A program made the translations under genes and the position numbers. The notes below the pieces were generated by a model. That model was not told where the DNA came from and did no database searches. It was given only the letters and a program-made list of their open reading frames with translations. Positions 1 through 8,517 of a DNA stretch of 37,703 bases are shown here, one piece after another. Source of the stretch: Candidatus Hecatellales archaeon B24 (GTDB lineage: Archaea > Thermoproteota > Bathyarchaeia > Hecatellales > Hecatellaceae); NCBI GenBank assembly GCA_001593855.1, contig LUCC01000004.1, positions 1-37,703 on the forward strand. The letters run 5' to 3'. The first letter of the stretch is position 1. The number at the start of each line of letters is the position of its first letter.

Positions 1-61
1 GGTAAGATTTCTCCCAGAGGAGAGGCGAAACCGGACCTGCGGCTGCCGTCCATATGCAGCC

Positions 62-688
62 TTAAAGACTTCTTAGGTAGGGGTTAACCTGCTTCTCGTA
101 GCCCAGCAGGGTTTCAGGCCCGTGGCCGGGGTAAACCTTTAACCCGTCTGGAAGAGGCATTATCCGATGTCTAAGCGAGTGGATAAGCCTCTGGAAGGAG
201 CCTCCGGGCATGTCAGTCCGCCCTATGCTCCCGGCGAAAAGGGTGTCCCCCGTGAAAATGACGTCGTCGGATAGGAGGCAGATGCTTCCAGGCGTATGGC
301 CGGGAGTATGTAAAACTTTAAGCTTAACTCTTCCGAAGGCTATCTCGTCTCCGTCCTCGAGGGTTCTGTCAGGTCCTGAAGCCCGCAGCTCCGACCAGAA
401 GAACATGGAAAGGTTAAGCTCAGGTTTTTCCAGGGCTTCAGCGTCAAGCCTGTGGATGAGAAGCGGCGCCTTTAAGGCTTTTCTAACCGGGTCGTTGGCT
501 CCTATGTGGTCTATGTGGCCGTGCGTGTTGACCACGTATTTGACTTTTGCCTTTTCTTCCCGGACGGCTTCCAGGATTCTTTCCCCCTCATCTCCCGGGT
601 CTATGACTATGGCTTCCCCTGTTTCCTCGCAGCGGACAATATAGCAGTTGGTGGCAACAGGCCCCACAACCAGCATTCTAACCTTCAA
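62..688 (-). CDS. MBL-fold metallo-hydrolase (glyoxalase II-like)
   Basis: 208-aa ORF with the metallo-beta-lactamase zinc motif HGHIDHIG, plus downstream HTPGHTPGS and a GD..F.GSIGRTD segment. Confidence 0.85.
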   Translation of the reverse strand: MKVRMLVVGPVATNCYIVRCEETGEAIVIDPGDEGERILEAVREEKAKVKYVVNTHGHIDHIGANDPVRKALKAPLLIHRLDAEALEKPELNLSMFFWSELRASGPDRTLEDGDEIAFGRVKLKVLHTPGHTPGSICLLSDDVIFTGDTLFAGSIGRTDMPGGSFQRLIHSLRHRIMPLPDGLKVYPGHGPETLLGYEKQVNPYLRSL

Positions 689-763
689 GTTCTCCCAGCC
701 GCTCCTTTAACCCTTAAAGTTAAGCTGTTTGACTTCTAAGTTTTATTTAGGGTTTCCTCAGCC

Positions 764-1168
764 TTGAAGACTAAAACCTTAGCTGTAGCTCTGCTGGCGT
801 CGCTAGACGAGGTTGTTGCAGTAGTGATTATACTTCTCTGGCTTCCACATCTTGGAATAAAGGTTCCTCCCTCTTACACCATAACGATTTTAGCCGGCCT
901 AGCCTTCCTCTCCTACCTCCTATACCGGATTATAAAGCCGGTGGTGGTTAAACCCCCCATCATAGGGGTTGAAGCCATGATAGGCCTCACAGGTCAAGCC
1001 CTAACCACGCTTAACCCCAGAGGACTTGTAGCGGTTGGAAGCGAAAAATGGAAGGCTGTAGCCTTGGAAGGACCTATACGTGAGGGCGAAAAAGTTTTAG
1101 TGGTGGCCGTGGAAGGCTTAACCTTGAAAGTTAAAAAGGGTCAGCCGGCCTCCTCAGGAATCCTATAG
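764..1168 (+). CDS. NfeD-family membrane protein (short form)
   Basis: Two N-terminal hydrophobic helices followed by an OB-like C-terminus (GLTGQALTTLNPRGLVAVGSEKWKAV..GEKVLVVAVEGLTLKVKK). TTG start. Confidence 0.6.
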   Translation: MKTKTLAVALLASLDEVVAVVIILLWLPHLGIKVPPSYTITILAGLAFLSYLLYRIIKPVVVKPPIIGVEAMIGLTGQALTTLNPRGLVAVGSEKWKAVALEGPIREGEKVLVVAVEGLTLKVKKGQPASSGIL

Positions 1169-1563
1169 TAGTAGTATTTTCCCTCCTTCAGAATCCTGCG
1201 GAGGAAGCCTTTTGCCACAAGCCTCTTAAGGTAGACGGTTACGTTGCTGGGCGAGTCCGGAACTCCGTTGACTTCTAGGGCTTTAGAAACCTCTGAAAGG
1301 CTTCTGGGGGTTTGACCCCAAGCCGTGCTGAAGAGGGCTTGAAGGTTCCCGGTGGTGCTGCGTGAAGGCTTAATGGAAGGATACTCCGCCTCTTCAACCA
1401 CGCCTGCAGCCACCTGAGCCTTAACAGAGAACTTTTCCACAGCCCGCTCTGCAAGACTGTCGAGCTCTGATAGAAGTTTTTCTACGGGTGCTTCGACAAC
1501 GATTTCAAGCCCGTTTCTCCTGACGGTAAGCCTCACGTTAAAGCCTCGCCTTTCAGCTTCCAA
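1141..1563 (-). CDS. hypothetical protein with a C-terminal winged-helix-like domain
   Basis: 140-aa ORF. The C-terminus (SLSEVSKALEVNG..SNVTVYLKRLVAKGFLRRILKEGKYYYYRI) resembles a wHTH. No specific family recognised. Confidence 0.5.
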   Translation of the reverse strand: MEAERRGFNVRLTVRRNGLEIVVEAPVEKLLSELDSLAERAVEKFSVKAQVAAGVVEEAEYPSIKPSRSTTGNLQALFSTAWGQTPRSLSEVSKALEVNGVPDSPSNVTVYLKRLVAKGFLRRILKEGKYYYYRIPEEAG

Positions 1564-1735
1564 AAGCCTGCATCTCCAAGAAACCTATTTTAAGACATTG
1601 CGTTTAAAAGCTGTGAAGAATCTTAAAAATTTTAATACGATTTGAAACGTTTTCAGCTTCTACAGTCGGTAAAAAGAGACCGTTTTCGCTTTCAAATCTT
1701 AACCTTTAAATACTGACCTTTAAAGAATAAAAGGT

Positions 1736-1930
1736 TTGAGCCGGCAAAAACTGGTTAAAGTGAAGATTGAAGGTGAGGGCTTAAGCATAGAAAAAGAGGT
1801 TGACGAGCAGACAGCCAACGTAATTATAGGCTTAATCTTTGGGCTTAGGAAGACGAGAGGCAGACGTCCCGCAGACATCCAAAGCGGAAAGAGAACCCAT
1901 AAAAAGAAGACCGCCGGAATTCAAGGCTGA
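1736..1930 (+). CDS. hypothetical small basic protein
   Basis: 64-aa TTG-start ORF, divergent from the 1141-1563 gene, with a lysine/arginine-rich tail. Coding status uncertain. Confidence 0.3.
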   Translation: MSRQKLVKVKIEGEGLSIEKEVDEQTANVIIGLIFGLRKTRGRRPADIQSGKRTHKKKTAGIQG

Positions 1931-2039
1931 GGAAGCCCTCTAAAATCACCGTAACTCCTTTTCCGGTTAGGGGTTTGGCTTCAAAATTTTCCGCAACTAA
2001 AACTTGTGGAAGTTTACTTGTCAGGTTTCCCTACCAAAT

Positions 2040-2186
2040 TGGTGGGGCCGACCGGATTTGAACCGGCGACCTACGGGTTTCCCCTTCAAGGGCGCTCCAG
2101 CTCTTCTTCATTCCTGCTGGAGGTCTGTTTACCCGTAGTTTTCGGGAGCTGGAGCCCGTCGTCCTGCCTGGCTAGACTACGGCCCC
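2040..2186 (-). tRNA. tRNA-Trp (anticodon CCA) with a 70-nt intron at the canonical 37/38 position, CCA end encoded
   Basis: Minus strand reads GGGGCCG-TA-GTCT-AGCCAGGCA-GGAC-G-ACGGG-CUCCAG / intron / A-CCCGT-AGGTC-GCCGG-TTCAAAT-CCGGT-CGGCCCC-A-CCA. All four stems pair. Exons are 2186-2149 and 2078-2040; the intron is 2148-2079. Confidence 0.85.
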
Positions 2187-2232
2187 TTTACTTCCACTTT
2201 AATCCTTACCTAAGCTGTTTTTAAGCTCTTCG

Positions 2233-2241
2233 TATATTTTA
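2233..2241 (+). promoter_or_regulatory. TATA-like box upstream of the Nudix gene (near-leaderless transcript implied)
   Basis: TATATTTTA lies about 30 nt upstream of the TTG start at 2268. The same AT-rich spacer must also hold the divergent tRNA-Trp promoter (CTTAAAAAC on the minus strand, about 2214-2225). Confidence 0.35.
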
Positions 2242-2267
2242 AGGGTTTAGAAAGCGGTGGAAAAGTC

Positions 2268-2717
2268 TTGGAGTCTGACAGCCGGGAGTATCCTTCCTTC
2301 CCTAAGATTGGTGTTGGAGGTCTTGTCGTAGACAAGGACAGGCTTCTGCTTATTAAGCGTGCTTTCGAGCCTTCCTCCGGCTTATGGTCAATTCCAGGAG
2401 GCATGCTGGAGGTCGGGGAAGAACTTGAAGAGGCTGTTGCCCGAGAGATTGAAGAGGAAACAGGAATAAAAGTGGAAGTTAAAGAGCTGCTGGGCGTGTT
2501 TAACTTCGTCATCAGAGATAAAAATGGAAGGGTGAAGTACCATTACGTTCTCATAGACTTCCTGGCTAAACCTGTGGGAGGAAAGCTTAGGCCAAGCCGT
2601 GAAACCCTGGATGTCCGGTGGATAAGCCTTAAAGACGTTGAAAAATATCCGCTGACAAGAACCACTAGGAGGCTGATAAGCCGAGCTGTGGAAAGGGGGC
2701 TGATAAAGGAGGAGTAA
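2268..2717 (+). CDS. Nudix hydrolase
   Basis: Nudix box GGMLEVGEELEEAVAREIEEETG (GX5EX7REUXEEXGU). Confidence 0.85.
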   Translation: MESDSREYPSFPKIGVGGLVVDKDRLLLIKRAFEPSSGLWSIPGGMLEVGEELEEAVAREIEEETGIKVEVKELLGVFNFVIRDKNGRVKYHYVLIDFLAKPVGGKLRPSRETLDVRWISLKDVEKYPLTRTTRRLISRAVERGLIKEE

Positions 2718-2724
2718 CCCTGTC

Positions 2725-3792
2725 ATGCTTAGCCTCCGAAAATTCCTGAACGGTTTATCCTGCCTCTTCAGCAGGCCTACCCCGCATCCGCTTCACGTCC
2801 AGTGGTTCATAACCTCCAAATGTAATTACAGGTGTAGGTACTGCGGGGTTTGGAGGCAGCCTCCCACCCGTGAACTAGGCTTAGAAGAGGTTAAAAGGGG
2901 CTTAGACATCCTTCGAGAGCTCAAGGTTGTAGAGCTTGTTTTCACCGGTGGAAACCCTCTGCTCCGCTCCGACCTAGCTGAAATCTTGAAGTATGCCTGT
3001 GAAAGATTTCCCTTGGTTTCCGTCTACGATAATGGAAGCTTAGCCTGGAGGAGGGTGAAAGACCTTAAATATGCTGATGTAGTATGCGTAAGCCTTAACA
3101 CGCTTAACCCCAGCCTCCAAGACTGGATGAACGGGGTTCAGGGAGCCTTCCAGTCGGCTGTGAAGTCTATTGAAGCCCTGAAAGCTGAAGGAATAAGCGT
3201 AGCCGTAGATGTAACCGTCAGCAGGCTTAACCTAAACGAAATCCCAAGCATAATAGAGTTCTTCGGCTCCAGAGACGTCTCTGTTATTCTCTCCCTTTAC
3301 ACGGATTTCTCCCAGCCTGAAGGCCTCATCACCATAGGATACCCTGAACCTTCAGCAGCCCTAGAAGACAGGGAAGCCCTCCTATCCCTTCTATCCCAGG
3401 TACGAAGCCTGAAGAAGGCTTACCCCGTACACTTCGACGACGAAGCCTTACAGGTTCTTCAACGTTACTTCGAAGGCTGCCTGAACGGTTGGAGGTGTAA
3501 GGCTTTATCCTCCTTTTTCGTGGTAGACCAGCTTGGAAAGGTTTCAGGCTGCCATCTCACGCCTCCAGTTGCCAGCCTTCAAAGCCTTCCAGAAGCTTGG
3601 AAGTCTGAAGCCTTCAGGAAGCTTAGAGGCAAATATGCTGGCTGTAAGGGCTGCCTTTACCTCTGCTACCTCGCCTACTCGCTTCTCGACAGCCCCGGGA
3701 AGCTGGCAGCCTACAGCCTCCGGTACGAGGCTTACAGGGTTAGAAGGCTTTTCGGCGGGAAGCCTAGAATAACGAATGCTTTTATGGGTTAG
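2725..3792 (+). CDS. radical SAM protein with a Cys-rich C-terminal (SPASM/twitch-like) region
   Basis: CNYRCRYC (CX3CX2C) near the N-terminus, a GGNPLL glycine motif, and C-terminal cysteines (WRCK, GCHL, CKGCLYLC). Confidence 0.8.
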   Translation: MLSLRKFLNGLSCLFSRPTPHPLHVQWFITSKCNYRCRYCGVWRQPPTRELGLEEVKRGLDILRELKVVELVFTGGNPLLRSDLAEILKYACERFPLVSVYDNGSLAWRRVKDLKYADVVCVSLNTLNPSLQDWMNGVQGAFQSAVKSIEALKAEGISVAVDVTVSRLNLNEIPSIIEFFGSRDVSVILSLYTDFSQPEGLITIGYPEPSAALEDREALLSLLSQVRSLKKAYPVHFDDEALQVLQRYFEGCLNGWRCKALSSFFVVDQLGKVSGCHLTPPVASLQSLPEAWKSEAFRKLRGKYAGCKGCLYLCYLAYSLLDSPGKLAAYSLRYEAYRVRRLFGGKPRITNAFMG

Positions 3793-3805
3793 CTTGCATT
3801 ATAGA

Positions 3806-4075
3806 ATGGCGCTCAAGGAGGGTGAAGCCTTGAGCGAGGTTAAAACTTTCAGGGTTAGCGGCTGGGTTTCCCAGGGTTTCAGAGCTTTAAAACTGTTCAA
3901 GGAGGTCAGAGCCTTAACAGTTGAGGAAGCCTTAGAAAAGTTTTACAGCGATGTTGGAAGCAACCATAAGCTTAAACGCTGCCAGATTAAAAACATACTG
4001 GTTGAGGAGATTAAGCCTGAGGAGGCTAAAAGCTTCGTAACCAGCATGCTTGCAGGAGTTGAGGAGGCAAAATAA
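3806..4075 (+). CDS. 50S ribosomal protein eL20 (LX / L18Ae)
   Basis: SEVKTFRVSGW...KEVRALTVEEALEKFYSDVGSNHKLKRCQIKNILVEEI matches the LX family pattern. It sits in the conserved LX-pfdA-ftsY order. The start is ATG 3806 or, after an AAGGAGGGTGA site, TTG 3830. The track ORF from 3776 is over-extended. Confidence 0.75.
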   Translation: MALKEGEALSEVKTFRVSGWVSQGFRALKLFKEVRALTVEEALEKFYSDVGSNHKLKRCQIKNILVEEIKPEEAKSFVTSMLAGVEEAK

Positions 4076-4523
4076 TTTGGGAGAACAGAAGCCCCCTACC
4101 CCTGAAGAGGAGGAACGCAGAGTTCAAAGTTTAACCTACGAGTTCAGGGTGTTGGAGGGCGTTGTAGGAGAGCTGAGGGCAAGAATAGGCGCGATAGACG
4201 CCATCCTCAGAAACCTAACCCTCGCGAAAACCACCCTAGAAAACATGGAAAAGCTTGAAGTTGGAGATGAAATACTCGTTCCCATAGGCGGCGACTCTTT
4301 CCTTAAAGCTAAAGTTCTGGACAAGGACAAGGTTATCATCGGGATTGGGGCAGGGGTAACCGTGGAGAAATCCTTGAAGGACGCTGTTTCACTGGTTGAC
4401 AGCAGGGTTGAAGAGCTTGGAAGAGCTAGGTCGGATGTGGAAAGGCAGCTGGCCCAAGTTATGGAGCGTATGGAATACATCAGAGGGCAGCTTCAGAAGT
4501 TTCTAAGCTCAACCCAGACGTGA
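4050..4523 (+). CDS. pfdA: prefoldin alpha subunit
   Basis: Coiled coil, beta-hairpin core (EILVPIGGDSFLKAKV..DKVIIGIGAGVTVEKS), coiled coil. The more likely start is TTG 4077, preceded by GAGGAGG at 4061-4067. Confidence 0.8.
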   Translation: MQELRRQNNLGEQKPPTPEEEERRVQSLTYEFRVLEGVVGELRARIGAIDAILRNLTLAKTTLENMEKLEVGDEILVPIGGDSFLKAKVLDKDKVIIGIGAGVTVEKSLKDAVSLVDSRVEELGRARSDVERQLAQVMERMEYIRGQLQKFLSSTQT

Positions 4524-4530
4524 GCCTTCA

Positions 4531-5445
4531 ATGTTTGAAAGGCTTAGAAAGGCTTTCGGAAGCCTTCTAGAGAAGGTTTCAACCCAGGAGCTTTCAGGCA
4601 AAAAACTTGAGGAGCTGCTTGAAGATTTTAAGCTGCACCTCGTGGAGAACGATGTGGCCTACGTGGTGGCGGAGCATATCGTGGAGAAGCTTAAAGAAGA
4701 GGTTTCAGGGTTAAGAGTCGGACGGTTTGAAGATAAACGTAAACCTTTAACCGAGGCTTTGAGAAGAGTTCTCCTCGAAATTCTGTCTTCAGGAGGAAGC
4801 CTAAACCTTTTAGCCTTAGCCGGAGAGAAACGTGAAGCCGGAAAGCCTTTAACCATAGTTTTCGTTGGAATAAACGGTACAGGCAAAACCACGACCATAG
4901 CTAAAATCGCCAAATACTTCTCTGACCGCGGCTTCTCCGTGGTGCTGGCTTGCGCCGACACCTACCGGGCTGGAGCTATAGAGCAGCTTGAAGCCCACGC
5001 TAAAAGGTTAGGCTTGAAAATGGTTAAGCACGAGTACGGTTCAGACCCGGCAGCTGTAGCCTACGACGCCGTAGCCCACGCTGAAGCTCGGGGAGTAAAC
5101 GTGGTCCTAGTTGACACTGCTGGAAGAATGGAAACCAACCGTAACCTCATGGAGGAGATGGCTAAAATCGTAAGGGTTTCGGAAGCCGACCTAGTTCTTT
5201 TCGTCGGAGACGCCCTAACCGGTAATGACGCTGTAGCTCAGGCTGAAGAGTTCTCACGGTTCGTCAGGCTTGACGGCTCCATCCTCGCGAAGGTTGACGC
5301 TGACGTTAAAGGCGGAGCCGCCATATCCATAGCCTATATTACCAAGAAGCCTATAATCTTTGTTGGGGTTGGGCAAGGTTATGGAGACCTTGAACCCTTC
5401 AACCCTGAAAGCTTCGTGGAAAAGCTTGTGGGAGGCTCAGACTGA
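4531..5445 (+). CDS. ftsY: signal recognition particle receptor FtsY
   Basis: SRP GTPase motifs GINGTGKTTTIAKIA, DTAGR, and the AKVD/GGAA region. Confidence 0.95.
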   Translation: MFERLRKAFGSLLEKVSTQELSGKKLEELLEDFKLHLVENDVAYVVAEHIVEKLKEEVSGLRVGRFEDKRKPLTEALRRVLLEILSSGGSLNLLALAGEKREAGKPLTIVFVGINGTGKTTTIAKIAKYFSDRGFSVVLACADTYRAGAIEQLEAHAKRLGLKMVKHEYGSDPAAVAYDAVAHAEARGVNVVLVDTAGRMETNRNLMEEMAKIVRVSEADLVLFVGDALTGNDAVAQAEEFSRFVRLDGSILAKVDADVKGGAAISIAYITKKPIIFVGVGQGYGDLEPFNPESFVEKLVGGSD

Positions 5446-6377
5446 TGAAGGAGCTTAAAGGTAGAGACTTCCTGACGTTAAAGGACTTCACAGCTGAGGA
5501 GCTTCAAGCCATCTTAAACCTGTCCTTGAAGCTGGAGAAGTCCAGGTTCCCCCCTAAACCCTTGAAGGGTAAAAGCCTAGTTATGATTTTCCAGAAGCCT
5601 TCAACCCGGACTAGGGTTTCCTTCGAAGTTGCCATACGCCAGCTGGGAGGATGGCCTCTCACGCTGGGCTGGGGTGAAATGCAGCTTGGCAGAGGTGAAA
5701 CCGTTGCGGACACTGCTAGAACCCTTGAAAGATATGCCGACGGCGTCATCGCCAGGGTTTTCAGGCATGGAGACCTTGAAGAGCTGGCGGCCAACGCGGA
5801 GATACCTATCGTCAACGCGCTTTCAGACCTCTACCATCCATGCCAGGCCCTAGCGGACATGCTTACCATCTACAAGCACTTCGGAAAGCTTAAAGGCTTG
5901 AAGCTTGCCTGGGTTGGAGACGGAGACAACGTGTGCCATTCGCTGCTCTTAGCCTGCTCCAAGCTAGGCCTTAACATGAGTGTAGCCTGTCCTGAAGGCT
6001 TCGAGCCTAAAAGGGAGGTTTTAGACGAAGCCTTAACGGAGGCTAAGAAGTCCGGTTCCCTAATTGAAGTTGTAAGGGAGCCTGTTAGAGCTGTCTTCGG
6101 AGCTGACATAATTTATACTGATGTCTTCGTTTCCATGGGTCTCGAAAAGGAAAGGGAGCGTAGAATTAAGGCTTTCCTCCCCAAGTACCAAGTTACCCCC
6201 ACACTTTTCAAGCATGCCAAGTCAACCTGTGTTTTCATGCACTGTCTTCCAGCCCACCGAGGCGAGGAAGTAGTTGACGACGTTATAGACGGCTCCCAGT
6301 CCATAGTCTGGGAGCAGGCTGAAAACAGACTTCACCTCCAGAAGGGCCTTCTAGCAGCCCTCTTCCAGAAGGGCTAA
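5445..6377 (+). CDS. argF: ornithine carbamoyltransferase
   Basis: STRTRVSFE carbamoyl-phosphate motif, HPCQALAD, DVFVSMG and HCLPAHRGEE ornithine-site motifs. Confidence 0.9.
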   Translation: MKELKGRDFLTLKDFTAEELQAILNLSLKLEKSRFPPKPLKGKSLVMIFQKPSTRTRVSFEVAIRQLGGWPLTLGWGEMQLGRGETVADTARTLERYADGVIARVFRHGDLEELAANAEIPIVNALSDLYHPCQALADMLTIYKHFGKLKGLKLAWVGDGDNVCHSLLLACSKLGLNMSVACPEGFEPKREVLDEALTEAKKSGSLIEVVREPVRAVFGADIIYTDVFVSMGLEKERERRIKAFLPKYQVTPTLFKHAKSTCVFMHCLPAHRGEEVVDDVIDGSQSIVWEQAENRLHLQKGLLAALFQKG

Positions 6378-6381
6378 CCCC

Positions 6382-7191
6382 ATGGTTTTCTTAATAGCAG
6401 CCTCCAGAAAAGACCCTGCAGCCCTAAACATCGTGGAAAACCTCCTAAGTCTTCACCCCTTCAAACCCGGAAAGGCGGGAGGAAACATTAAAATCTACGA
6501 AGCTGGAAACGTTAAACTCGCCATTTTAGAAGGTGAAGCCATTAAGGCTGAAAACCTAGACGAAGTTTTCCCGGAGGCTGAAGCCGTAGCCTTCGCTTCA
6601 AGACATGAAAGCGAAAGCCTCCAAGCAACCCTAACAGTCCATGTTCCGGGAAACCTATTTCAGAAGGCTGACCACGGAGGGAAACCCCTGCAGCTCGCCT
6701 ACGCCTGGCCTCAGAGAATGAAGCTTGCCCTAGAGGTTTTAAGCAGGTTGGCCCCTGAAGGCTTCAAGGTTTCCCTTGAGGCAACCCATCACGGCCCCAC
6801 CGGCCTTAAGAAGCCTGTATGGTTCGTTGAGATTGGAAGTAGCCTTGAGCAGTGGACGGACTGGGAGGCTGGAAGGGCTGTAGCTGAAGCCCTATGGGCG
6901 TCCGTAACAGACTCGCCTAAGGGGAAAGCAGCCGTAGGCTTTGGGGGAGGCCATTACGCTCCGAAGCACAGTAAGGTAACCTTGGAAGGCGGATACGTGG
7001 TAGGCCATATTTTCCCCAAGTATGCCTTGTCTTCAGGGCTGGATAGGGAGCTTATAGTTCAGGCTTTCCATAAAACCTATAGGGGCTGCAGTGTGGCTGT
7101 GATAGACTGGAAGGGTCTTCAAGGCGAAGTTAGGAGAAACCTTCTAAGCCTGCTTGAAGGGCTTGGAGTAGAAGAGGTGGTAAGGGTTTAA
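6382..7191 (+). CDS. dtdA: D-aminoacyl-tRNA deacylase, archaeal DTD2 type
   Basis: FASRHESES..LTVHVPGN, EATHHGPT, FVEIGSS, GGGHYAPK, IDWKG blocks, as remembered from Pyrococcus DTD2. Confidence 0.85.
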   Translation: MVFLIAASRKDPAALNIVENLLSLHPFKPGKAGGNIKIYEAGNVKLAILEGEAIKAENLDEVFPEAEAVAFASRHESESLQATLTVHVPGNLFQKADHGGKPLQLAYAWPQRMKLALEVLSRLAPEGFKVSLEATHHGPTGLKKPVWFVEIGSSLEQWTDWEAGRAVAEALWASVTDSPKGKAAVGFGGGHYAPKHSKVTLEGGYVVGHIFPKYALSSGLDRELIVQAFHKTYRGCSVAVIDWKGLQGEVRRNLLSLLEGLGVEEVVRV

Positions 7192-7207
7192 GGCTGGGCA
7201 GAGGCTT

Positions 7208-7813
7208 ATAACCTACATTACAGGTGTCTCCGGAGCAGGTAAGACAAGTCTGGCTAAAGGGCTTGCAGGTAAATTCGGAGGTCTCCACGTTGAGCTTGGA
7301 AAGCTCAGCTTGGAGGAAGGATTAACGCTGGGCTTTGATAAACGGAGAAAATGCCACATAGCAGACCTTGAAGGCCTAGAAAAGTTTCTAGTTGAAAAAT
7401 TCTCGGAGGTAAAGGGCTTCATAGCCTTCGAAGCACCCTTCACTGTTAGGCTTAAAAGGCCGCTTACCCCTAAAGCCATATTTGTTTTAAGATGTGAGCC
7501 GCGGGAGCTTGCCAAGAGGCTCAAGGACAAGGGCTACTCTCCGAGAAAAATCTTGGAAAACGTTTGGGCTGAAATCTTAGACTACCCGCTTCAGGAAGCC
7601 CTCGCCACGTATAACCCGAAAAAAGTTCACGAGCTGAACATGAGCTTTAAAAAAACAGGAAAGGCGGTTGAAGAGGCTGTGGAAATCTTGAAGAAGCGTA
7701 GGCTTCCAAGCCACGGCAGAATAAACTGGCTTAAAGCCTTAGAGGAGGAAGGGCTTCTAGAGAAAATCTCAGCTTCCCCGGCTAGAACAGCCTTGAAACT
7801 CCTGTTAGCCTAA
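7208..7813 (+). CDS. Fap7 / adenylate kinase isoenzyme 6-like P-loop NTPase
   Basis: The Walker A motif ITGVSGAGKTS is encoded at 7217-7249, upstream of the first ATG/GTG/TTG in frame (TTG 7310). The frame is open from 7184. The start is assigned tentatively to ATA 7208. Confidence 0.65.
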   Translation: MTYITGVSGAGKTSLAKGLAGKFGGLHVELGKLSLEEGLTLGFDKRRKCHIADLEGLEKFLVEKFSEVKGFIAFEAPFTVRLKRPLTPKAIFVLRCEPRELAKRLKDKGYSPRKILENVWAEILDYPLQEALATYNPKKVHELNMSFKKTGKAVEEAVEILKKRRLPSHGRINWLKALEEEGLLEKISASPARTALKLLLA

Positions 7814-7831
7814 CCCTTAAAGGCGAAACCT

Positions 7832-8035
7832 ATGGTCTCAAGCAGCCGGAAATACGGGGTTTTCCGCTGTAAGGCCTGTGGAAGGCTGAACCTCGCGAAA
7901 ACAGGGCAGAAATTTAAAACCTGCCCTTACTGCGGCGTTAAGAACAGGCTTTCAGGAAGAGCTTTCCTTGCCTATGCTTCAACGCCAAATGAAGCCTTAA
8001 AGGCGGTTAAAAAGCTTAAGGCTGGAAAAGCTTAA
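7832..8035 (+). CDS. small zinc-ribbon protein (DUF1922-like)
   Basis: CKACG...CPYCG four-Cys ribbon in a 67-aa ORF. Confidence 0.6.
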   Translation: MVSSSRKYGVFRCKACGRLNLAKTGQKFKTCPYCGVKNRLSGRAFLAYASTPNEALKAVKKLKAGKA

Positions 8036-8091
8036 CAGGCAGCATGATATAATATGGCTGGAAAACGCGGATTACGAATGGAGGTAAAAAT

Positions 8092-8517
8092 ATGTCTTCA
8101 GTGGCTGCTAAAAAGTTTTTCGAGGAGTTCGCAGGCCTCCTCCAAAGGCCTGTAACAGCTGTGACGGCTGACGGAAAGCAGTATTCCGGGACGCTTGTAG
8201 GCTTTGACCCCTCAACCCTGAGCGTATGCCTCTCAGACGTGGCGGATGAATCCGGGAAGAAGGCTGCTAAAATGTTCCTTTACGGAAGCAGCCTGTCCAG
8301 GATTTACACTTTGGAGAAGCCTTTCGACCTTAGAAGGCTGGCTGAGAGGCTTGACAGGGTTTTCCCCAGAATGGTTAAACTCTATGAGGAGGCTGGGGTT
8401 ATAACCGTGACGGATAGAATTCGGGTTACAGCTTCAGGAGTTGTTGAGGGAACAGGCCCCATGGCTGAGAGAGTTCAAAAAATCTACGAGGAGTTTGTTA
8501 AGGAGATTTCCGGCTAG
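8092..8517 (+). CDS. Sm-like (LSm) protein with a C-terminal extension (SmAP3-like)
   Basis: Sm1/Sm2-like pattern RPVTAVTADGKQYSGTLVGFDPSTLSVCLSDV...LYGSSLSRIY. GGAGGT lies 8 nt upstream of the ATG. Confidence 0.6.
   Translation: MSSVAAKKFFEEFAGLLQRPVTAVTADGKQYSGTLVGFDPSTLSVCLSDVADESGKKAAKMFLYGSSLSRIYTLEKPFDLRRLAERLDRVFPRMVKLYEEAGVITVTDRIRVTASGVVEGTGPMAERVQKIYEEFVKEISG

Noticed and set aside
2006-2224. 72-aa plus-strand ORF
   Set aside because: It lies entirely antisense to the intron-containing tRNA-Trp, and its translation is low-complexity. The tRNA explains the sequence.
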